A stretch of 53,490 bases of DNA from Syntrophomonadaceae bacterium (GTDB taxonomy: Bacteria; Bacillota; Dethiobacteria; DTU022; PWGO01), in assembly GCA_003550565.1 (NCBI GenBank), contig PUKQ01000096.1, positions 1-53,490 of the forward strand, given 5' to 3'. The notes beneath the pieces were generated by a model that did no database searches, was not told where the DNA came from, and worked only from the letters and a program-made list of their open reading frames with translations. Position numbers and translations under genes: made by a program. Below, in pieces: positions 8,866 to 17,763 of the stretch (its first letter is position 1; each line of letters opens with the position of its first letter).

Positions 8866-11800
8866 TCAGCTTTTTGCGCTTTGGTATGAAAATGAAAGTT
8901 GATCATCCTCTGCATGTATGCTTCCCACTTGCCCATCGATATATATAGTGGCACCTGATTTAATGGTGACATTGTTAATTGTACATTCTTTATTGGTTTC
9001 GTCAACTTTAAGTTCTTTGCAATTAACAATGCATACTTTACCTAATTTCTGGGCCGATACCGCTGCGTGGGAAGTAATGCCTCCCCGGCTGGTAACCAGC
9101 CCGTCGCTTGTAAAAATCATGTGAATATCATCGGGTACCGTATCGGGTCGAATTAAAATGTGATTTTCCTCGGGATATTTATTTTTGTTTGCTTGTAGAT
9201 CTTCCATATAGAAGCTGACAATGCCTTTCATGAGGCCTCCACCAACACCAATGCCTTTACCGATCATATTTCCTCTTGCAGTGGTGTTGCTAAAGGAGGT
9301 TTCCTTTTCTTTGGGAGTAATTTCTTGTTCTCTGGTTTGAAGAAGGTACAGATCTTTTGGTTCCGGTGACTCAAAAGTAAATTCAATCTGCTGGTGGTTA
9401 AAACCGTGTGTTTCTATTAATTCGGCAGCAATTTCATACAGTCGTCGAAAGATTTTAGGAAATGCAGATTCAAGAGAAAATTCACAGTCCTGGTATTCAT
9501 TTATGCGCTGCCTTTCTGAAACAGGCATAGTATACACAAGGCCGGAGACGATATCTTCTCCCTGACTGCAAGTTGTAAAATCTCCATAGAGATGGATGCC
9601 GGGTTTATTCAATTTAGGATCATGGGTAAAAACTACACCTGTACCGGAGCTTCTTGAGCGGTTGCCCATTACCATTTTTTGGACGGTAACTGCTGTACCC
9701 CATTCATCGGCGATTTGCATATGTTTGCGATAAGCATTGGCTCTTTTAGAAGACCATGAATCAAAAACAATGGAAATAGCCTGCTTAAGTTGTTCAAAAG
9801 AATTCTCTGCAACGAAAACATTATTTTTGTTGAGTATTTTTTTATATTCTTTAGCTATTTCTTTCATTTGGGTTGCATTGAAGAAAGATTTAAGCTTAAC
9901 ATTATATCTTTTCTTATGATAAGCCATGATTTCATCAAATAAATCCCGATCAATGCCATACGCCATGCCCCAACTTTGGATAAATCGCCGGTAAGAATCC
10001 CAGCCCATCCAAGCTGTTTTGGCGTTTTTACCCAACTCTTCGGCGATAGCATCGTTCATTCCCACATTTAGCAGGGTAATCATGGCACCGGGCATTGAAA
10101 ATGCTGTGCCGGAACGAACAGACAAAAGCAAAGGGTTTTTAACACTGCCAAATTTCAATTCCTCGGTGGCCTCTAAGGCATGAACCTGGGTTAAAATTTT
10201 GTTTTCCAGGTCACGAAGCATATTTTGGTTTTTAAAAATAGTTTGCTTGTGCCTATAGACTTCTGTGGTGAGAACAAAACCGGGAGGTATGGGTAATTTG
10301 TAAGAAGACATCTTTTTAAGGTAATATGCTTTAGCACCCAGAAAGATTCGATTGTCCATAGGTAGGGTTTCTTGGGTTAAAGGGCTGATAGCCATTTCCG
10401 GCTTATAGCTGGTAGTGGTATGAATATGAACTTCCTTATTGTTTTCAATAAGGTTTTCGGTTACATTGATTAAATTAGCCAGGAAATTATCAATTTCCTG
10501 CATTAAAAAGGATGAGGACAAAATATCCCGGTAAAAAATCTCAGATACGTTCATGAGCGTTTCAGCTGAATCATCGTATATTTGGGGTATTACAATATTG
10601 AGAGCTTCATCGTAAAACCTCATAAAATATTTATTTATTGCTTCTTTGATGTGCCCGGACATGAATCTGAAAATGTTTATATATTGACCCAGTGTTACGC
10701 TGGGTGAAAAAAGGCTGTGCCAAAACATCTCTAAGGTGGAATTGAAATTTTGGTTTACTATCCCATCTAACTCAAGCCCTTTTTTGAATTGAACAAGCAG
10801 TGCATATATTCCATCAAGAGTGCGTGGCGAAAAATTTTCCAGGGGTAAGTCTTTTAATGTTCTTTCAATCAGATGAGAAGCTAATTGTTCCAGCCTGTAA
10901 ATTAGACCCAGAGCTTCGAATTTTGGTTCTCTGTATTCCCCATACATTGAAGGAATGCCTATGGCAATATGCCTTTTATAATAAATGTTTTCTACGGGTT
11001 CAGTTATATCTTCGTCCAGTATTATTTCATTTAAATCATTCATAAAAGCATACACTTGTTCCAGGGCTTGTTGATGCATGTTTTGTTCTAAAAATTCTTG
11101 CAGTTTCTTAATATCGTCTTTTTGGAAAAAATTACTGCGTGATAAAACATCAATGATGTTGTTGGCCTCGAAAGAATATTTAGCTAATAAAAGTTTATTC
11201 ATATGAATAAGATATATTAATCGTTGTTTATCTCTTTCATTTACCGAACTCTGGTTTTGGATGAAATCTGCAACTTCATCTTCAGGTAATTTCAAAAGTC
11301 CTTCAAAGTCAACGTGGAAGTGTTTGCATACTTCATTCATAAGGAGATTTATTTCTACAAAATACTCACTTTCTACATCAATAAATTCGATAACGTCGCC
11401 GGGCAATATAGCTTTTAGTGGTTTTAAGTCACCATTGTACCAAAAGCCGGCTACTTTTTTAATAAGCTCCACATGCATATTGTTACTTTCGGCGTGGATT
11501 TGCTTTCTAACAAAATGCATGAGCCGGTCTTTTCTTCCGGATAGTTCATCTATAGCTGTGCTGTAATCGCGCAGGTCTCCTTCGGCGCCAATTTCGTTGT
11601 AATAAACCGGAAAAACTCTGGCTAATTGCTTAACTTGTTTAAATACTAGCCCGATATTTGCGTTTAGTAGTTTAGTGATATCACGCTGGAAAAGATCAGT
11701 GTCAGAGATAAAAATGCCGCCAAGTTTTAGATTAACCAGAAGAGCCGACAGAAGCTTTTTAAAATTATAAGGTGATATCCTAATTAATTCCAGCCAAATT

Positions 11801-12948
11801 CTAATATTTTTCACATGGTTTGGGTTAGCTTTGGTTACCCAGTCATCAGTTATTTCAATTTTTCCCGGGAATACAAAGCCAAACTCAATAAGGTTATCTA
11901 TGTAATGGGTAATAATTTCCTGGTCATCAATATCGGCGATTTCTTTTCCTAGTGTAAGTTGACAATCTAAAATTGTCCCGGTGTGTTGTTCTTTAAGATC
12001 AATGAAAAGGTTAAACATAATGTCAATGAAAGGATAAACATCTTTGTTGTCAAGCTCTGCCAAAACTGTTTTAAGCAATCTATTCAGATCATAGAGGAGG
12101 TGATTTTTAAGAGGAATCATCCCCGGTAAATGTAACAAATATAAAAGGTAATAAATTTTCTCTATAGAGAGTTCAAGCTCTTCTATAAAATGTCGAAAGT
12201 AGTTGGCAATTTCTTCAAAAAAGAGGTTCGATTCAATTTCTTTCCAATCTTGAGATGCCTCGATTTGTTCTGATAGATCTTTAAAAAATTTTTTACCGAG
12301 TTGCTTAATTTTTTCCTGGCTTTCGGGTAGAAATAGTTCTGATTTGCTTTCTATCCATTCTTCGATATTTGTTGTATTTTCCCAATATGCACAGCTTTTT
12401 CGCAGTACATCTTTGGTAATATCGCAAATTTTTTGATTAAACTCCGGCACTTTGGCTACTTTTCTTAGATACATTTTAAAGTGCCTTGCATTCCGCAGGT
12501 AAATATCTTCATTTTTAGCCATTCCCTGTTCAATCAAGTCCAAGCATTTCCAAATTACCCTGGGGGGGTAGTTACCTTCTTTGGCCAGTTTGTCAACAAA
12601 CTCGAAGAGTGTTCTAACCAATTGTTCCTGTAGTTTTTCTTCCAGTTCTTTGCTTTGCAATTCTTCAAAAATACTTACCAAAAAAAGCAAGGCTTCTTCC
12701 GATTCTTCCACCGAATTATAAAGCCACAATTCGTTTATGCTGATTTTATGCAAACTTTTAATAATAAAAGCGTAATCGGGGTATGCGTGGTTATATTCTT
12801 TAATAAAATTTTCTGTTTTTTTGTTTATGCCCCAGTATGAAGCAGATAAAGAAATAAACCAGCGATGCTTTTCCGGAAACTCTATCTGCTCCTGTTTTGT
12901 TTGTGTTAAGTTAGCCTCTAATGCTTTTGACTTAAAAGTGCTTTTCAT
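8866..12948 (-). CDS. PPDK/PpsA-like phosphotransfer enzyme: ATP-grasp nucleotide-binding domain plus swivelling phospho-His domain, with an ~860-aa unknown helical N-terminal region and no PEP/pyruvate TIM-barrel domain
   Basis: 1360 aa. Residues ~864-1360 align by eye to the PPDK N-terminal two thirds: FLGAKAYYLKKM, LPIPPGFVLTTEV, LLLSVRSGTAFSMPGAMITLLNVGMND, DSYRRFIQSWG, GTAVTVQKMVMGN, SGTGVVFTHDP, GEDIVSG, QQIEFTFE, LYLLQTR and TSRGGITSHAAV. The His codon is at 9067-9069. The protein ends 66 aa after that His. Confidence 0.8.
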   Translation of the reverse strand: MKSTFKSKALEANLTQTKQEQIEFPEKHRWFISLSASYWGINKKTENFIKEYNHAYPDYAFIIKSLHKISINELWLYNSVEESEEALLFLVSIFEELQSKELEEKLQEQLVRTLFEFVDKLAKEGNYPPRVIWKCLDLIEQGMAKNEDIYLRNARHFKMYLRKVAKVPEFNQKICDITKDVLRKSCAYWENTTNIEEWIESKSELFLPESQEKIKQLGKKFFKDLSEQIEASQDWKEIESNLFFEEIANYFRHFIEELELSIEKIYYLLYLLHLPGMIPLKNHLLYDLNRLLKTVLAELDNKDVYPFIDIMFNLFIDLKEQHTGTILDCQLTLGKEIADIDDQEIITHYIDNLIEFGFVFPGKIEITDDWVTKANPNHVKNIRIWLELIRISPYNFKKLLSALLVNLKLGGIFISDTDLFQRDITKLLNANIGLVFKQVKQLARVFPVYYNEIGAEGDLRDYSTAIDELSGRKDRLMHFVRKQIHAESNNMHVELIKKVAGFWYNGDLKPLKAILPGDVIEFIDVESEYFVEINLLMNEVCKHFHVDFEGLLKLPEDEVADFIQNQSSVNERDKQRLIYLIHMNKLLLAKYSFEANNIIDVLSRSNFFQKDDIKKLQEFLEQNMHQQALEQVYAFMNDLNEIILDEDITEPVENIYYKRHIAIGIPSMYGEYREPKFEALGLIYRLEQLASHLIERTLKDLPLENFSPRTLDGIYALLVQFKKGLELDGIVNQNFNSTLEMFWHSLFSPSVTLGQYINIFRFMSGHIKEAINKYFMRFYDEALNIVIPQIYDDSAETLMNVSEIFYRDILSSSFLMQEIDNFLANLINVTENLIENNKEVHIHTTTSYKPEMAISPLTQETLPMDNRIFLGAKAYYLKKMSSYKLPIPPGFVLTTEVYRHKQTIFKNQNMLRDLENKILTQVHALEATEELKFGSVKNPLLLSVRSGTAFSMPGAMITLLNVGMNDAIAEELGKNAKTAWMGWDSYRRFIQSWGMAYGIDRDLFDEIMAYHKKRYNVKLKSFFNATQMKEIAKEYKKILNKNNVFVAENSFEQLKQAISIVFDSWSSKRANAYRKHMQIADEWGTAVTVQKMVMGNRSRSSGTGVVFTHDPKLNKPGIHLYGDFTTCSQGEDIVSGLVYTMPVSERQRINEYQDCEFSLESAFPKIFRRLYEIAAELIETHGFNHQQIEFTFESPEPKDLYLLQTREQEITPKEKETSFSNTTARGNMIGKGIGVGGGLMKGIVSFYMEDLQANKNKYPEENHILIRPDTVPDDIHMIFTSDGLVTSRGGITSHAAVSAQKLGKVCIVNCKELKVDETNKECTINNVTIKSGATIYIDGQVGSIHAEDDQLSFSYQSAKS

Positions 12949-13225
12949 AAAAAATCACCCCGCTAGCTGCACGCTTTGTTGTTTGCTTGACAAGTGTATA
13001 AAATTAGGAGTTATCTTTATCAAATACATTATATCAGATAAATTATGAAAAAAATAGTTAGAAAAATAAGACAATACACTCCGGTATAATAATTTGGCAG
13101 ATAATATAATAAGCAGGATAACCGCATATTTTCCAGAATTATAATAACCAGGGGAATTCATAGAAAACCCTGGACTTTATGTTTAGGTAAAGTTGCCATT
13201 TCCTAAAAGATAGGAGTGACGGGGA

Positions 13226-14632
13226 ATGAATGCTAATGGAAAGATACTACAAGAAGGCCTTTTTAACCGGGTTTACGGACTCTTTGGAGTAATGAATAAG
13301 TTTCCGGACGTAATGAGCGAAGCTGAACTGGAAGGGTTAATTAAAGTACTTCCTCCCGATTCGGCAAACAGCATAAGATCCATCTTAAGGCCATCTATCC
13401 AGGAAGCAAGTATGGCTTATATAAAAATGCTTAATGTATGGCTTGCGGAAGCCAGGCAGGCGCGAGATGAAGGTAAAAAAGTTATCCTTCTTCCTTTTAA
13501 CTTTAACCCGGAAATTATTCATTTTTTTGATAATATATTTCCTCTTACCAGTGAAGTCCTTACCACCATGGGAGTTGTAGCCTTGGAGGGGCAAGGTCAA
13601 AGATACTGGGATTACGCTATGGGTATGGGCATGCCTGACCATATTTGTTCGGCGAATTCGGTGGAAATTGGTTCCGTACTTACAGGAGTGGATTTTAAGC
13701 CCGATGCCGTGATTTCTGCAGCGCCGGGGGCTTGTGACATGAACGCTAAAATTCACGAGTTTTTGGCCAGATACCTCGAAATTCCTCAGTTTGTAATACA
13801 AAAACCGCCGGATAATACCCGGCGGGGTTATGAATTTTTTAAAAACAGCTATAGAAATTTAATTGCTATGCTGGAAGATTATGCGGGAGAAGAAGTAAAA
13901 GAGGAAAAAATGCGGGAAGTGGCGACAAAAGCAAACCGCTGCACAGAATTGTATTACGACCTTTGGGAGTTAAAAAAGCAGGTGCCCTGTCCTGTACCGG
14001 GACTATTTTCCCTCTATATTATTGGAGTGAGGTTTGCCATGTGGGGAAGGGATGAAGGTATAACAACAATGCAAAAAATGGTGGAGGTGGCTCGCCGAAA
14101 CCTTGAAGATCCACATTGCCAAAATCGAGAAGAAGTTGCCCGGGTCCTCTGGACTTATGTAAGTTATTATTACGACTTGCTTGGTTTTTATGATTGGATG
14201 GATGAAAAGGGATTTATTAATATGGGGGACATGCTCCAGATAAATTTTACCCAACCCATAGATTTAAGCACTCGCGAAAGCATTCTTGACGGTATAGTGG
14301 AAAACGCATGGAATGCTTTTATGACCAGGCAAATGGGGGGTGATTCCATGTCACTGCGGTGGGTGAATGATCTCATTCACATTGTTAAAGAGTTTGGTGT
14401 CAACGGTGCTATCTTTTGCGGTCATCATGCTTGCAAACAAAGTCAGAGTGTTTTTTCCATTGCCCGTAAGGAACTTCAAGAAAAAACCGGAGTTCCCACC
14501 TTAAGGTTACAGGGGGATTCCTGGGTAGGCTCTATGACTCCTATGAGTGTTATTCAGGCAGAGGTAGAGCAGTTTATAAATAATGTAGTTAATAAAAAAA
14601 GAAGGCGTCGGAAAAAATCCGGAGGAGTATAA
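13226..14632 (+). CDS. 2-hydroxyacyl-CoA dehydratase / benzoyl-CoA reductase (HgdB/BcrB/BadE) family protein, solitary
   Basis: 468 aa. Family-typical N-terminal GKKVILLPFNFNPEIIHFFD and Cys-containing HICSANS, GACDMNAK and CGHHACKQS. It has a poly-basic C-terminus, KKRRRRKKSGG. No partner subunit or activase is adjacent. Confidence 0.7.
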   Translation: MNANGKILQEGLFNRVYGLFGVMNKFPDVMSEAELEGLIKVLPPDSANSIRSILRPSIQEASMAYIKMLNVWLAEARQARDEGKKVILLPFNFNPEIIHFFDNIFPLTSEVLTTMGVVALEGQGQRYWDYAMGMGMPDHICSANSVEIGSVLTGVDFKPDAVISAAPGACDMNAKIHEFLARYLEIPQFVIQKPPDNTRRGYEFFKNSYRNLIAMLEDYAGEEVKEEKMREVATKANRCTELYYDLWELKKQVPCPVPGLFSLYIIGVRFAMWGRDEGITTMQKMVEVARRNLEDPHCQNREEVARVLWTYVSYYYDLLGFYDWMDEKGFINMGDMLQINFTQPIDLSTRESILDGIVENAWNAFMTRQMGGDSMSLRWVNDLIHIVKEFGVNGAIFCGHHACKQSQSVFSIARKELQEKTGVPTLRLQGDSWVGSMTPMSVIQAEVEQFINNVVNKKRRRRKKSGGV

Positions 14633-14666
14633 AACGGAAGTAACTTTATTATTTCTTAATTAATTT

Positions 14667-15149
14667 TTATATTTTTCCCTCCAGTTTGCTAATATCGTTT
14701 TGTAATTTTTTCTTCACTTTTTCTTTATTTTTTAAGACATTTTTATAATCAAACGCCCCTTTAATATTATTGCCTGCCAATTCTTTTTCAAGATTGCGCA
14801 GTGTTTTGCCGGGCATCCCCATATGGGTGCAAAAAAGGACAATAATTTTTCCCGAAATGGAGTTTTCTTTTAGGAAACTTCTTATTGGAGGAGAGAAGTT
14901 AAAGCTCCACACGGGTGTCCCCAAAAAAATCAAATCATACTTATGGAGATCAAGATCATATTCTTTGAGCTGAGGGGATTCACGCATCATGACCTGCTTG
15001 CCGCCCCATATATGCTTGATGGGTTCAACTTTTGAAAGCTCTTTTACGGGTTTGAGTTCCTGAAAGTCTAACTCAAAATGTTCTCCTATGCACTCCGCGA
15101 TAAACCTGGTATTGCCTTCAAGTGAATAATAGACCACTATTTTATCCAT
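14667..15149 (-). CDS. Flavodoxin family protein
   Basis: 160 aa. The N-terminal KIVVYYSLEGNTRFIAE matches the flavodoxin FMN phosphate-binding loop pattern. The size fits short-chain flavodoxin-like proteins. Confidence 0.75.
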   Translation of the reverse strand: MDKIVVYYSLEGNTRFIAECIGEHFELDFQELKPVKELSKVEPIKHIWGGKQVMMRESPQLKEYDLDLHKYDLIFLGTPVWSFNFSPPIRSFLKENSISGKIIVLFCTHMGMPGKTLRNLEKELAGNNIKGAFDYKNVLKNKEKVKKKLQNDISKLEGKI

Positions 15150-15717
15150 TACATTTATTCACCTCTCCTAACAAATATTTTGATAGATTACTATCTATCC
15201 GCTTATGCGTATAAAATTATATCAATAATTACTTCTATTTAGCAAAAAAGCCAATCAACTCAAAAATCCTTCTGCAGATGGCAGGACTAACCATAGTAAT
15301 TGAAGAATAACAAACAAAATATTAAATTTCTGCACTCCTTGCCGGCCAAGCATAGCCATAGCTTAAACAGCTATCTGAGATCTTTTTCTACTTTTTGCCA
15401 CCGTTTACCTCCTAAAAGTAAAAACCCACACAATTGTATATGTTAAGTTTTGCCTCTCTTTTCCCAAAAGAACTTATGCTGAGTTTTATCTTAAAAAAGG
15501 AAGTGTGAAAGATTATGTTGTAATATAAGAATGGAATGTATTATTTAAGAGTTGCAATTATAAATACAATAAACACCGAAAGCCGAAAAACTTTTCCAGA
15601 AAAAATGTTTTATTATATTCTTTTTTTAAGTAAAAAATAATATATTTAAACAGAAGCAAATACCGGTATTTACTGATTTGTGATTTTGATTAAAACCCGG
15701 CTTGTGAGGTCAGAAGA

Positions 15718-16983
15718 ATGCGAAAAAAAATTTCTGAAAGATTAAGTGTTTTAACAGGAGGAAAGGCTCACAGAATAAAAAAACGGTTAAGCAGGTATAT
15801 TCTTTTTGTTTTAATAGTATTATTAATTATAATTGGAACCGATTTTTATTCTTTGCTTATTATAGGATTCCTGGTAGTAGGGGTTATAATGTTAAATATT
15901 TACCTGAGTCGAATTAATGCCGGATTGCTTTCCCCTAAGTCAAATTTAGCTTACAATACGAATTTAAAAGAAAACAACAAACCTCGAAAAAAAATCTACC
16001 GGGATGGTTTAGGCCACTGGTGCGTTATAAAGAACGAGGGAAAAAGGTTTAATATTTTGCATTTAAGTGATATACATATAGGCAATGGTTTTGTTAGCTT
16101 TAAAAAGGACAGAGTGGCCCTGGAGGCGATAAGACAGTTGATACATCATGCTCAGCCGGATTTGATAGTGGTAAGCGGTGATATGGTGTATCCGGTTCCA
16201 TTTTTGTCAGGAAGCGGGAACAATTTGCAAGCAAGCAGGCTTTTTGCCGGTTTCATGGAGTCTTTCGAGATACCATGGACAATTACTTTTGGGAACCATG
16301 ATGAAGAGATATGCTCGTGGTATCCCCTGGAAACAATATGTGAGGTTTATGAAAAGAGCAGGAACTGTTTGTTTCAGAGGGGTCCGGAAGATGTAACAGG
16401 TTTGAGCAATCATTTTATCAATATTATTAATTCTGCGGGAACTTTGAATACTTCCCTGGTTATGCTCGATTCCCATGCTTATATTCATCCCTTTTGGGTG
16501 CTCCATTATGATTATATCCGTGAAGACCAGGTAAATTGGTATGCAGAAAAGTTGTATGCACTTTCAGCAGATTACAAATTAAATAGCCTGCCTCCTTCCC
16601 TTGCTTTTTTTCATATTCCTCTTAATGAATTTGATGATGCCTGGGAATTATATCAAAGGGATAATCAAAGCGCAGAAGTTAATTATCATTATGGCCATAA
16701 AGTAGAAAAAGTTTCTGCCCCCCTACGCCGCAGTTCTCTGTTTCGCAAAATGGTGGATTTAGGAAGTACCAAAGGAGTATTTGTGGGTCATGACCACTAC
16801 AACGATTTTTCTATTACATACCGTGGGATCAGGCTTACATATGGCAAGTCAATAGATTATTTAGCTTACGCAGGAATTGCCCGGTCGTCCTGGCAAAGAG
16901 GAGGAACACTAATAGAGATTGATGAAAACGCAAATTTTGAGGTAACTCCTTTGTCTCTTTCAAATATAATTAGCAACAAATAG
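15718..16983 (+). CDS. Membrane-anchored calcineurin-like metallophosphoesterase
   Basis: 421 aa. Two N-terminal hydrophobic helices. Metallophosphoesterase motifs in order: LHLSDIHIG, VVSGDMVYP, TFGNHDEE, FFHIPL and VGHDHYND. Confidence 0.8.
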   Translation: MRKKISERLSVLTGGKAHRIKKRLSRYILFVLIVLLIIIGTDFYSLLIIGFLVVGVIMLNIYLSRINAGLLSPKSNLAYNTNLKENNKPRKKIYRDGLGHWCVIKNEGKRFNILHLSDIHIGNGFVSFKKDRVALEAIRQLIHHAQPDLIVVSGDMVYPVPFLSGSGNNLQASRLFAGFMESFEIPWTITFGNHDEEICSWYPLETICEVYEKSRNCLFQRGPEDVTGLSNHFINIINSAGTLNTSLVMLDSHAYIHPFWVLHYDYIREDQVNWYAEKLYALSADYKLNSLPPSLAFFHIPLNEFDDAWELYQRDNQSAEVNYHYGHKVEKVSAPLRRSSLFRKMVDLGSTKGVFVGHDHYNDFSITYRGIRLTYGKSIDYLAYAGIARSSWQRGGTLIEIDENANFEVTPLSLSNIISNK

Positions 16984-17108
16984 TTTAGGGCCAATATTCT
17001 TTCTTACAATAATATTCCTTACATCGGTAATTATTTCAAAGTACAGAAATTATTAACAGGACTCATAAATTGAAGGAGGATTTAATTTATGTTTATAGAA
17101 ATTTGAAA

Positions 17109-17123
17109 ATGAAAACGTTTGCA
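17109..17123. promoter_or_regulatory. cre / LacI-family operator-like palindrome upstream of the ThuA-like gene
   Basis: ATGAAAACGTTTGCA fits the cre consensus WTGNAANCGNWNNCW at every constrained position. Its 14-nt core is 12/14 palindromic. It lies 19 nt upstream of the 17142 start codon, and a LacI-family regulator is encoded in the same cluster. Confidence 0.5.
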
Positions 17124-17141
17124 TAACCGAGGAGGATTAAG

Positions 17142-17753
17142 ATGAAAATATTAACAATATCAAAAGGATTAATTCACCCTTCCTTTTTAGCCCGAAAGAG
17201 TTTAGAAATCTTATTGAATAGAATTAAGGGAAACTTTGATTTTACTTCAACCTCTAAATTAGGCGATTTAAAAATGTTAAAGAGGAACAATTATGATGTA
17301 GTAATCTTGTATTACCACCTGAAATCTATAAACAATGATAATTTAATGGCTCTAATTGATTTTGTAAACGAGGGTGGCGGGGTTTTGGCCTTACATTCAG
17401 CCATGGCTTCTTTAAAGGACAATGCTGAATATCAGGAATTACTGGGGGGGCGCTTTATCGGGCATGGCAAAATTGAAAGAATAGATGTTAATGCCAATGA
17501 TAATACTCACCCCATTTCTTCAGATATTTTTAATTTTGCAGTTAAAGATGAGTTGTATTTACATGAATATGATGAAAATAATGAGATAATTTTTTATGCC
17601 CAGAGTAATGACAAAGATGAACCCGTCATGTGGACAAAAAAATATGGACGAGGTAGGGTGTGTTATCTGTCTTTGGGGCATTGTTTTCAAATTTGGCAAC
17701 ATCCGGAAGTTAAGAAAATTGTCCGGAACAGTCTTATATGGCTAAAGGAATAG
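17142..17753 (+). CDS. ThuA-like (trehalose-utilisation / class-I amidotransferase-like) domain protein
   Basis: 203 aa. FVNEGGGVLALHSA...LLGGRFIGHG resembles the ThuA domain core. RBS GAGGAGGA lies 6 nt upstream. A Gfo/Idh/MocA oxidoreductase follows, as in thuAB-type pairs. Confidence 0.65.
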   Translation: MKILTISKGLIHPSFLARKSLEILLNRIKGNFDFTSTSKLGDLKMLKRNNYDVVILYYHLKSINNDNLMALIDFVNEGGGVLALHSAMASLKDNAEYQELLGGRFIGHGKIERIDVNANDNTHPISSDIFNFAVKDELYLHEYDENNEIIFYAQSNDKDEPVMWTKKYGRGRVCYLSLGHCFQIWQHPEVKKIVRNSLIWLKE

Positions 17754-17763
17754 GAGGAAGAAA

